Assembly (NCBI GenBank): GCA_002633005.1
Contig: NMRA01000297.1
Span: 462,993 to 526,992 of the forward strand
Direction: 5' to 3'
Length of the DNA stretch: 64,000 bases
From: Phoronis australis
Lineage: Eukaryota > Animalia > Phoronida
Positions 52,205 through 63,386 of this stretch are shown here, piece by piece. The notes beneath the pieces are model-generated. The model worked only from the letters and a program-made list of their open reading frames with translations, was not told the origin of the DNA and made no database searches. Position numbers and translations under genes: made by a program. Each line of letters opens with the position of its first letter. Position 1 is the first letter of the stretch.

Positions 52205-52313
52205 AAGATATTCTTGCTTATTTATTCCGTCTCGGCATATAATATATTTATTATTATACATTCCGCCCCGGCCGGCATATAATATATTGATTCTTATACA
52301 TTCTGCAGTGGCG

Positions 52314-52361
<48 letters not shown>

Positions 52362-52898
52362 CATGGCGAAGTCGTTATCCCCCGTTATCTAGAGCCCGGG
52401 TGGGGGGCCTTAGCCCCTAGGGTGATAATTCTCCAAAATCCACGAGGGTCTAGATAAGGGGGATAACGACTGAGATCATGTAATAATCTATTTATACCAC
52501 ACAGTGAACGAGAAACATTGCAATGAATCGATCTACCTTTCTCGACATGTACGTTGATTCTTGTGCATTCCGCCACACCATATAATATATTGATCCTTGC
52601 ACATTCCACCACGCGTATATTATATCAACTCTCACACCGTGACATTCCGCCACGCCATATATGTTGATTCTTATCCGCGCAATCCACGCCATATAATGTA
52701 CCGGTACATTCTTATACGTTCCTCCACGTCATATAATACGTCGATTCTTATACGTTCCTCCACCCAATATAATATGTCATTTCTTATACGTTCCACCATG
52801 CCATAGAATGAGTTGATTTTATACGTTCTGCCACCCCCATATAATACGTTGATTCTTATACGTTCTGCCACGGCATATAATGTACTCATTCTTATACC
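52205..52898. repeat. Minisatellite, about 37-38-bp unit (gattcttatacgttccgccacgccatataatat), interrupted by (TA)n and a hairpin element
   Basis: Units at 52205-52320 and 52550-52898; (TA)n 52321-52358; insert 52357-52543. Confidence 0.82.
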
Positions 52899-52917
52899 TT
52901 GGTATTTTTTTCTGCAG

Positions 52918-53596
52918 TTCGTGAACCCAAGGTAGAATTAAACTCGACGACGGAAAGCATTTCAACACAGTCAAGATCGAATACACAGATGTCTGACTCT
53001 CTTTCGACACTAGCAAACCACGTAACCTCAAATTTTCAGAAGATGACAACAGTTATTTCCACACAGTCAGCTGACACGGCATCGAACGTTCATGATCAGA
53101 TTACGTCAAAAGCCCTTTCAACAAATGGCATGACACCGAATTTGCAAACTCAGACGTCTGTAGTTCATTTAACGCATGCAAACGACGCGACACCAAATTT
53201 GCATAGTGCTACAGAAACTTACTTAATACAGGCAACCGACGTGTCACCGACTGAAATCTCTGTAACCCCAGCAACCGGTGTGACACCAAGTTCATACAAT
53301 GCGACTGAAAAGACTGTAAACCGAGCAACCGATATGTCTACGAATTTACGCAATACGACTGAAACCACTATAACCCAGGCAGCTGGTATGACGTCGAGTT
53401 TGCAGGGCACTGGCGAGTCTGCGTCGTCTGCTTCAAACTTAGTCACGTCCGAGCAGACATCGACGGGAAAAACAACACTAAAATCCGAAGTGGAAGTGAT
53501 GAGTCATACACAAGGTCCTCTCATTGCTAGCGCAGTTGCTAATGGGATATTTCTTGTTATTGTGCTGGTTGTGATCATACTGGTGGTCGTAAAACG
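52918..53596 (+). CDS. Exon: Ser/Thr-rich stalk and transmembrane helix
   Basis: ttttttctgcag|..AAACG|gtgagt; T/S-rich region then PLIASAVANGIFLVIVLVVIILVVV-KR. Confidence 0.92.
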
Positions 53597-54084
53597 GTGA
53601 GTTTATAGTCAAACTAGATCTTTAAATCGACTTTGCAATTAATTAGACAACTTGTTTACTGCTTTTACCCAACGTCAAACATGTAAATAAACAAAAGACA
53701 TCGCAAAAGGTGCACTCAGAAAGCAACATTATGACTTCAAATAGCTTTGAACAGTCTCATTCCGGAACTCACTTAACAAGGGTTGATCAACTAAGATGAT
53801 GGTGCACAGTTTGCTAATAATAATAAAAATGTAGAACTTGAAATAACCGAATTCTCAGACATCAAATACTGCTCGAAATCAAACGGGACGTGGAAACGTA
53901 AATAGATTATCTGAGACACTGCCTCCTCGTAATGCCGGCGGTCCGTTGTAAAGGTACCTTAACTTGCGAGCGAACGAGCTCATGCCCTCAGCAGAATTTC
54001 AACAGTCAAAATCGGCTGTCATTGACTTGTGTGTTATTCATAACCAAACTGTGGACTGGTATAATGCCAAAATGCATGCCCATG

Positions 54085-54331
54085 CATGCGCGCACCCAGC
54101 TTTCAATATGGGGGGGGGTTGAATTCCTGACCTTGTGGACCTTTTGGTAACAAAAAACGGGCGCACTAAAAAAAACGGATGCACCACTATGAATTGCGCG
54201 TTTGCGCATGTTTTATGAACTTATGCCTCGTTTTAATTCTCGGACTTTTTGTCTCTCAAAGGCGGACTTTTTGTCCACTTCGCCAAATGATGGGGTTCGT
54301 TGGAACCCCCCTCCCCCCGGGTGCGCGCATG
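54085..54331. mobile_element. MITE with CATG ends and 5-bp TSD
   Basis: CCATG|catgcgcgcaccc ... gggtgcgcgcatg|CCATG (13-bp perfect TIR). Confidence 0.85.
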
Positions 54332-55590
54332 CCATGATACCGGTTTGAAACAAAACACGCTGGACCAGGCCGGCGAAAACCTATTTTAGGAAAGCGAGTG
54401 ACTCGGTCATGAACCGTGATGTAGGTCATTGCCAGCTCTTACTTACATTTTATGACTTCGTATTATTTAGCCCAAGGCTGTAGTCCGGAGCCAGGGGGCT
54501 GAACCTGGATTTGACGGATAAAGTTTTTTGCTGCTTCAAGTAGCTTAGGGTTAAGTAACAGTGATTTATGGGGGTGACCGTTCGCAACCCTTGAGCATTT
54601 TTAAATATGCAAATTAAGGTCGCCATTATGCAAAATTCTATTTTTGCTCATAATTTCCTTACCAAGCACTCCAGGCAGATTATTTTCAAATTTTCAAACA
54701 TGTTTCCATGGTCAACAATAGGGAAAGTTTTTAGGTGGATGCATCGTCGATTTGTATAATTTATGCAAATTAAAATTCGCTATTATTAAAAATTCTTGTG
54801 CTTGTAACTACCGTACCAGGCACCATTGATGAACTGTCATGATATATGCACCTATATTCTTATGGTCAGTTAGTTTAATTAAATCAGTTTGCATGCTGTT
54901 GCATGATAAATTTGCTTAATTAATTCAAGTTTTCATAATTAATGCAAATTAAGGCCGCCATTATTCAAAATTCTACTTGTGCTTATAGCTGCGATACAGA
55001 CACCACGGGTAAGCTATCATGTTTGAACCTAATTTCCTATGGTCAATTAGGCTAATGAAGTCAGTTTACAAGTTGCATGATAAATTTGCATAATTGATGC
55101 AAATAAAGGCGGCCTTTATTACAAATTCTGTTTCTTCTTGTAGCTTACTTACGGGAGAAGGGTGCACTAGATTATTTTGGTATTTGTACTGATCAATTTA
55201 ATGTAATCTGTCACTACATCATGAATATAAATAATCTGTAATTTTTTTACACACATTACATATTCTAGTTTTGTCTGATATCCGTGGTAGACCTAGTGGA
55301 TGACCAAATTGTTTTATTGCATAAACCCAGGACAGTAACCTATAATCACAAAATGTTTTAAATGCTAATTCAACACTCAGAACGTGAGCACACTACAGAA
55401 TAACACAACCAAACTGTTAGTCAATTGACCTATCGCCAGGATTATGACGGACGGCTTAATTGACCAATCAGAACAAAGCATTCTTGGCACAACTTCGTCT
55501 GCGTTTCCAAGCCGCCATTATACCCGACAAACCACACGTAGTCGAGTAAAACTTACTTTAGTCTGTAGCTCAAGAAATTGTCCGCTAAGA

Positions 55591-55790
55591 ATGGGGAAAC
55601 GGTGTTGATATGGCGTGTGTAGCACCGACAGCCGTTATGCTGCTCCAGAATAATATCCCGTCATTTTTTGGCATGTCCTAAGCCGAGAAATGGTGTTGAA
55701 AAGCGTAAACTATGGATCAAACTTGTACGACCACACGAGCAGCTAAACTTAACGATGTTGCTTGATAAACACAAATATATTAGTTCCAAG
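55591..55790 (+). pseudogene. THAP-domain remnant of a different family inside the Academ-like element
   Basis: MGKRC*YGVCSTDSRY ... PKP ... WIKLVRPHEQLN ... KHKYISSK across frameshifts. Confidence 0.6.
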
Positions 55791-56452
55791 ATACGCACTT
55801 TTTAGCTTGGTGGCTATGGTGAAGGGCTATCTCAGATTGTGACTTCCAAGTTTCCTACGTCTGGCCGCCTTTGTCTCGACACCTGCTGGATCTCAACATT
55901 CTAGCGGTATAGTCCCCGGAAATTGTAGTTTTCAAGGACATTTTTATTTTATGTTTTTTATTTATTTCAACCTAACAGAGGTACATTTTTGTTATTCATA
56001 AACCCGTAGGCTGACGTTCAACTGAACTTCTCTCCCGGTCAAAAATCAGAGATTCGATCTGAACAGGGAGGGGCACTGGATTACTGCCGGTAACTCAAAG
56101 CCTTGGTCGAGCTGTTGTCACTGAACATAAACTGTTGAATTACTTTTTGACGTGTACCTCTAGTATACACTATGTCTGTAGAGTTAGACAGAGCTCATTT
56201 TGAAGTTGTTCAAACATGATATTTAGATTTATAAAGCTTTAAAAAAGAATTTGAGTTATTTTTGTAGATACCCTATATTTTGCAACTACCACACCAGACT
56301 TGTAATCTTTTGTAACCATACCACGACTTAGTAATTATGCTACCTTCAAAATTAAATGAAAGCTACCTTTATGGAATGAAACTACAAAAAATGCCAAGTT
56401 CGAAAGAAGGTAGGCCTAATTTAAATGTCTTAATGGTGCAAACTGTCAATTC

Positions 56453-56760
56453 CATAGGCGGATTTAGGGGGGCAGGGCCCCAGCTCCCCGCAAGCAAAAT
56501 GAAACAGTAAGAGCGTGAAGCGTGAAGAAATATTGAGTTGAGTAACTAGGACCGGTAGACTCAGACCCCAGATCGCGGCGGAATCGTGTTCCTGTTTTTT
56601 TTTTAGTCCACCGATAGATTTTCTGAACAGAAGGTCCAAAGGGGTCTGCATCCCAGGCCCCTGCAACTTTCGGGCCGCCTGTGTACATACAATTGCACTT
56701 TGCCCAATTCCACGACGCAACATGTTGGACCCCCCTTGTGGTATCCTAGATCCGCCACTG
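56453..56760. mobile_element. MITE with CA..TG ends and near-perfect 5-bp TSD; solo end of the same family at about 41810-41837
   Basis: AATTC|cataggcggatttag ... ctagatccgccactg|AGTTC. Confidence 0.75.
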
Positions 56761-57994
56761 AGTTCCAGACATTAACTTAACTGACTTAGACACAGCCCTA
56801 GACCTACCCCGCCGGAGTTTACTGTTTGCCTAGAACGAGATGAACGTGTACATGAGCTATGAACCTGAATTTTTTTATCAAAATATTTCGTTACAAGATT
56901 AGAAAAGCGTAAACAGTGCTGTCGAGTCAACCTAGTCAGAGACTATAGTGCATGTGTTGTCTGTAATCTATGACCTACTTTACTCCAGGAGTCCCACCAG
57001 TTGTGACCTACTTTTTATTTGGCGAAATTTAGCAGACGACAGAATAAAAATATCGGTGAATCTTCACTGATTTTATTCGAAAGATCATGAAATCTATGGA
57101 ATCGTACAGATAATTCGACTTTAAGGTACATACCCTGCTTTACATGAACATACATTTATCGTATCAGTGGCCTTGTCATTTGTCAGGTGAAGGTGGCCCC
57201 GAGACAGAGGGTTTCTTCGGATTTTCGCTGGCTCCTCGAGCCATTTTTTCATCGTCACCTTTACAAATTCCCATATCATGAACGTACGATTCTCTGTTGA
57301 AAAGCATCGCCTCTTGTCTCTGTCGAAGCGTTTTCAAATAGTGCAAAAACACTCATCGATTCCACCAGGAACGTCGTTTACCGACCGTGTATTTGCCACT
57401 GACATCTCGTTCGAATGTCGGGTATCACGTGACTTTTCGCATAGGGGCGGAGCTTGCGATAGGTCAATTGGCGCTGCAAATGTATCTACTTGAATTACAT
57501 GGAATCTGATGTTTGCAGCCACACCTACCGTAATCATCTCTAGTTATGCAATAGGTGCGAGTTGGATACCATCCGGAATTGTAGATGGTGAGAGCGATTT
57601 GTTTATAGCATCTTTCGTCCATGCATAGTCTTCTGGATCTAGTGCAGGTTACATTCCACCACATGACTGACTAGTGATGAGCTCTGTTTACATTCTATGT
57701 GAATGCCACTGATTGTGGGCGGAAGTATTTCCTTTGCCGTTTTTCTTCCCCATACTAATAGTCTGGTTCCTGACATCTTCCTGGTTCGCTTCATTCCATA
57801 ACAGGCACCAATACATTTGGTGGCCTGCTTTATGACATCGGAAAAATGCGCATTAATATTGCCAGTGGCTGATAGCCTTCAATATTTTAACGATGGGTCC
57901 CTTTCCAACTCCATAGTAGCATAGCACCGCGTTACACCCCTACAGTGCATGGGCAGGGAGGAGACCTTCGCAATATCACTACATGTTTCCACAG

Positions 57995-58170
57995 TCAACT
58001 CAAAAGTTGCGAGGGACGTGTCCAATTATGGCCTGGCCTTTCAGAACAGACGCAGCGTACTCGTAAAAGGGATTGTATTGTATCTTTCCCGTACAGATCT
58101 CCCTCAACAGGAATTCAAATTTCTTTCCACACGTATAAACCGCGAATCGAAGACTAAACTTCGGCCTTTG
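57995..58170 (-). pseudogene. HIRAN-domain-like remnant
   Basis: SSIRGLYVWKEI*IPVEGDL then (frameshift) YNPFYEYAASVLKGQAIIGHVPR, matching the HIRAN pattern RGxHVYKxxW..NPxDxxAVxV..GHVPR. Confidence 0.6.
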
Positions 58171-59109
58171 TTCAGTTAAAAGCACGTGGCCAGGAAGCGC
58201 GCGCTACATTCAAGCATCTGTTATCGACGATTGGTCTTTGAGAACTATCTGTTCATGAAACGGGTAGCATAGCATCGGCATGAAATAAATTCTGGCACTT
58301 GTTTCCGAAAGTTTCTAATACCATGAAAACGTTTGCGTTATTTTTAAAGGGGAACTGTTAAATTAGTCGTAATTGGTGTTTGTAAAGTCAAAATGACCCA
58401 GTGATAGTGAACACTGTCGCACCCTTACACCCCCCGAAAAATAACTGTTATACTGTCACGCATCCAGTCACCCGGCGACTCAATGACATCGGCCTTACCG
58501 GTCGAGACAATTATCGAACGTTTTGTTTAGCAGATGAGATCAACAAGTGCCAAATAAAACAGGTTCTGTTTTACTCCTTGTGTTAATTTCCTTACTTACA
58601 ATGCACACCTAGATCGTTTACTCTGGCAAATGAACTCTGATGATTTGCACGCGCTAGCGCTCACAAAACACACAGACGAACTTCAAAATAAATATGACGT
58701 GACAACAACATGTTTGTGTTCTTCCAGAGATTTTTCTCATGTTGCAGAGTACGATCTAACGCAGATTTGGACTTAATATGCAGCTAATCCCGACTCCACA
58801 AGAACTTAAAAATCTTACGTTATTTTGAAAACTTAAGGAGGACTTCAGGTAGGCCTAATTTGTTGAGTCGAAACTATATTTTTACTCAAGAATTCAAGTC
58901 GACCTATCGGCGATCGCGAGGCAGCGACGCATCAGTCGGCGAGTTTTTTCTTCAAAATGCTCGTAATTTAACTACAAAGTTTGATAGCAATGCACTGCAG
59001 TTTTGTAGAAACTGTCATAGGTTGCAGATGCGTCACAGCGCGTAAATTTGATGAATTCTAGCTTACGATTTCCCCTCTTTCGGAGACCGGGTTTCAACTA
59101 CATTTGGGC

Positions 59110-59185
59110 TATAATAAGCGCCCCCCCTCCATTCATGAAGCGAAATTTTTGTAAGCGCCCTGGGCGCTTATTAAGGCGAATACAG
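59110..59185. mobile_element. Terminus of a pogo/Tigger-type element
   Basis: taagcgccctgggcgcttattaaggcgaatacag|TA with palindromic subterminal motif; partner end not found. Confidence 0.55.
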
Positions 59186-60290
59186 TAATCAGCATTTTTT
59201 CTATGGTCTGTGGGAGCGCAGGACAATAGGCAATATCTTTTTTAAATTTGTCTCAAACTGCTGAGCACTCACTGCACCACACATTTTCTTACTTCATCCT
59301 CAGAAAAGAGACTCTGCAAATCTATAATGCTAAATACGCCATTAAATTTATTGACCACAGAAAAATGGGTGCAAATATTAATAACTAACCTCTGGTGTCT
59401 GATGCAAAAGTTTAAGCACAAGTAGAAAATGGCAACTGTAATTTGTGTAAATTATTAATAATGCAAATTTATGATGGCCATGAAAACATGAGACGAAAAT
59501 AATTTGGATGTAATGCCCGTAAGGAAATTATGAGCAGAAATGGTATTTCGAATAGTTGCACTTTATGTACAATAAATCATGCAAATTTATCATGAAATAT
59601 CTTGCGAACTGATTTCATTACATTAATTGACCACTATGTATGCACCACCAAATGAGCTCCATTAAAATCACTGACCATGGAAGCATAGGTGAACACATTA
59701 AAGTAACCTATCTTCAGTGCTTGGTAAGGGCGTTATAAGCAAAAATATAATTTTGAGTAATGGTGGCCTTAATTTGCATGAATTATGCAAATTTATCATG
59801 CACCAACTTGCAAACTGATTTCATTAAACTAACTGACCACAGGAATATAGGTGCAAATATCATAATAGTTCACCTGTGATGCTTGGTATCGTAGCTATTA
59901 GAACTAGTAACATTTTGAAGAATGAGAACCTTAATTTGCATGAATTATTCAAATTGAGGATGTATCCTCCTAAAAACTTTCATTTTTAAATTCGTTGATC
60001 ATTGAAACATGGGTGAATGCAACAAAATGATCTTCCTGCCGTGCTTAGTGAGGAAATTATAAGCGACACAGAACTTTGCATAATGGCGCCCTTAATTTGC
60101 ATATTTAAAGAATGCTCAAGGGTTGCGAACGGTCACCTCCCTGATTCATGATTAACTATGCTTAGGCTACATGTAACAGCAAAGAAAAACTTTATCCGGC
60201 AAATCCAAGTTAAGCAAAAATACCATTTGTCGTCCGGACTACTGGAACTTCATCACTTGAGGATAAGCGGAGCCATTGACGGTCGAAAAC

Positions 60291-61003
60291 AATTTATCGT
60301 AATCTATTTTGCCCGGGGTACGCCACGAGCTATGTTGCAGAGTAAAACAAGAGGAGGATTGGGAATATTTGTCATTTATTATGACGTAATAGATAAAACT
60401 AACTAAGACTCTGCAAGATGGGCATGCACAAAACGCCCACCGGCGTGTACAATGAATAGCCCTGCAAGAGGGAACAACACAAAAGAACTGCCTGAAGGGC
60501 TTAAAGGAAAAGTACAGAACATGAACACAAAACTTGAAAAAAACTAACAGGAAATGTATACGAGCAAAGAGAAAGTGGAACCGCCACCCGGGATGGGGGG
60601 TGGGTAAAAAATGAAGAGAACGAACGTAGGTCTTGTAGACGACGAGGTAGGTGGCTGAATGAGAGACCACGTTGAACAGAACAAAGGAAATATGGGCGAC
60701 CAATCAGGAGTCGCGTAGAGAAACGTATGAATACAAAAGTAGACCCTACAGGCTATAAATAGAGATGAGTAATGCAAAATAAACCCTAAGGACTGGTCTC
60801 AAAATAAATACAAGTGTCAAAATAATGACGATAAATGCATTTAACAAGTTAAATTTAATTTATCGTAATCTATTTTGCCCGGGGTACGCCACAAGCTATG
60901 TTGCAGAGTAAAACAAGAGGAGGATTGGGAATATTTGTCATTTATTATGACGTAATAGATAAAACTAACTAAGACTCTGCAAGATGGGCATGCACAAAAC
61001 GCC
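60291..61003. repeat. 147-bp direct repeats (60291-60437, 60857-61003) around a 419-bp spacer
   Basis: Copies differ by one base that I can see (gccacGagc / gccacAagc). Confidence 0.92.
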
Positions 61004-61194
61004 ATAATGGCAGCACGGGAATGCTGACATCGCCCATCGCGAATGCGTATCTATATTTTCCCTGACATGAATAAGGTTCGCTAGCTTCAAGTTCCAAAAA
61101 CTGGTAATCTATTTTTACCTCATCCCTGAAAATCAGATTAGATTACTGTTATAGAACACCAAGCAGAAACCGTTAATAGGCGGACATGGCAGTT

Positions 61195-62031
61195 GACTGT
61201 GACACAGTAGTACGACTGTGACACAATAGTACGACTGTTGCACAATAGTATGACTGTGGCACAATAGTACAACTGTGACACAATAGTATGACTGTGGCAC
61301 AATAGTACGACTGTTGCACAATAGTATGACTGTGGCACAATAGTATGACTTTGACACAATAGTACGACTGTTGCACAATAGTATGACTGTGGCACAATAG
61401 TATGACTGTGACACAATAGTACGACTGTCACACAATAGTACGACTGTGGCACAATAGTATGACTGTGACACAATAGTACGACTGTGACACAATAGTATAA
61501 CTGTGACACAATAGTACGACTGTTGCACAATAGTATGACTGTGGCACAATAGTACAACTGTGACACAATAGTATGACTGTGGCACAATAGTACAACTGTG
61601 ACACAATAGTATGACTGTGACACAATAGTATGACTGTTGCACAATAGTGTGACTGTTGCACAATAGTACATCTGTGACACAATAGTATGACTGTGGCACA
61701 ACAGCACGACTCTGACACAATAGTAGGACTGCGACACAATAGTACGACTGTGACACATTAGTGTGACTGTGGCACAATAGTACGACTGTCACACAATAGT
61801 ACGACTCGGACACAATAGTACGACTCTGACACAATAGAAGGACTGGGACACAATAGTTCGACTGTGACACAATAATTCGACCGTGACACAATAGTACGAC
61901 TGGGACACACTAGTACGGCTGCGACACCATAGTATGACTGTGACACAATAGTACGACTACGATACAATAGTACGAATGGCACACAATAGTACCGTGAAGA
62001 CTGGTACACACTAGCACGGCTGGGACACAAT
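61195..62031. repeat. Minisatellite, 19-bp unit (gactgtgacacaatagtac), about 44 copies
   Basis: Direct inspection; decays toward the right. Confidence 0.95.
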
Positions 62032-62273
62032 GTCACATGGGTCGCTAAACCTGCAAGCTTGTCATTATTTCCAATAGTATGGGTTTTGATATATATTAAC
62101 TTGTTTAGAACATCCTAAACATTTTTTAAAAAAAGGGAAAATTGTTGAGTAACAAGCCTGTTGCAATGCAACATGATAGATTGTCACTGATAATTGACTC
62201 TGCTTATGTTAGAATGAGGGTGTTCTATCAAAGTATAAAAGCATATATTTAGTACATTCCTTTCTTTTTTCAG

Positions 62274-62370
62274 ATGGATTAAAAAGAACAGTTCTGTGGG
62301 CTCTGAGCCAGCAAGTACAAACGCACTCGACACAAGATCACAATCTATCACGTGCAACTTCGGCAACTGA
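62274..62370 (+). CDS. Terminal exon: short cytoplasmic tail
   Basis: tttctttttt cag| strong acceptor; phase 2 join gives KR-WIKKNSSVGSEPASTNALDTRSQSITCNFGN*. Confidence 0.7.
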
Positions 62371-63132
62371 TCTCGTCAAAGGAAACAGTTTAATAGCTGC
62401 TAACGACACATGAATTGGAACCCAAAATAAGAAATTACCATTTTAGTACATAAAATAAGCGTTACCTGCTTTTTCCAATGTTGATTTGTGACATAGTCTT
62501 TGAACCACATAATGATTTTATGCAAATGCAGTTTTAAAATCAAAGTTAGAATCAGAATCAACAATATTTATTGTGTGTAGGTCTTGGTCTCATATTTATT
62601 GCGTGTTGGTCTTAGCCTCACATTTATTGTGTCTTGGTCTTGGCCTCACAATACAATTTACTTTACAACTTCACAATGATAAAATTTCAGCTCTTAGCAC
62701 TGTTGCTCTCGAAACATTTAACGCCAGGCTTTTAGTTCAAAGATCATGGCTTTAAAAAATCTAACTCCTGTAGCACCGTTTACCATATTCGTCAGTGAAC
62801 AACACCAAGCACAGGCAGTGACACATAAAATGAATCTCGTATTCAATTTGACCAGTATTGCATATTCTACAAATTCTCTCATCCTCGGTTGGACTTGCGT
62901 GCCGCCCTCTCTCAATATAAAGCTTGTGCATTGAGCAAGTAGGGGTCTAATAGGTATAGACCATTTTCACAATAGTAGTTAGAATGGAATATGGTTTTGT
63001 TATTTTTATGTATTTGAATATCATATTTAGCAATCTTGCATAAAAATATGCGTGACTGTGGTTTGTCTTACTAATTGTAAATTTCATAAATGCTTGTAAA
63101 GCATGACATGAAATTTTGATTTCACGAGTAAG

Positions 63133-63138
63133 AATAAA
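63133..63138 (+). promoter_or_regulatory. Candidate polyadenylation signal
   Basis: First AATAAA I found downstream of the stop (another at 63192); AT-rich context makes this weak. Confidence 0.3.
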
Positions 63139-63386
63139 GCAGTTATAATAATTGCAAAATGGAACAATTATAACTACTTCCGTTCTTACGAAATAAAATT
63201 AAACTTGCACACGCATCCCCCATGATGTTAGTAAGTGTGCAAACTCGGCTGTACGTGATGGTTAATTTTAACTTTGAGAAATTCTGATATTAATTTTTTA
63301 TACGGTTAATTAGTGTATCATCAGTTTCGTGCTGTGACGTACCGCTCCCGAAGTACTCGCTCGAGCTATCATGACGTCACGTTTAA

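Larger units (their letters stand above)
54481..60241. mobile_element. Academ-like DNA transposon (non-autonomous, long TIRs)
   Basis: CTG|tagtccgga ... tccggacta|CTG (TAG..CTA ends, 3-bp TSD); several hundred bp of imperfect TIR (54481-about 55200 vs about 59330-60241) rich in ATGCAAAT. Confidence 0.82.
157..62370 (+). other. Multi-exon gene (5'-partial, 21 exons, about 1560 aa visible) for a SVEP1/polydom-module type I membrane protein (HYR, Sushi, ephrin-receptor-like Cys-rich, EGF, TSP1, mucin stalk, TM)
   Basis: All introns GT..AG with compatible phases (phase 1 throughout except 9900/12434 phase 0 and 53596/62274 phase 2); summed exon length 4685 nt gives one open frame ending at TGA 62368-62370. 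Confidence 0.88.

Noticed and set aside
53911-53992. gcctcctcgt motif suggesting an HDV-like ribozyme
   Set aside because: No P3 partner after the loop and no consistent P1/P2 pairing found by eye
61133-62036. Cys/Tyr/Val-rich ORFs on the minus strand
   Set aside because: Products of the 19-bp minisatellite; the same peptide appears in several frames
157-62370. Assigning the symbol SVEP1, SCUBE or uif to the gene
   Set aside because: It shares modules only; no vWA, pentraxin, CUB or long Sushi/EGF arrays are visible, and orthology cannot be shown without a search
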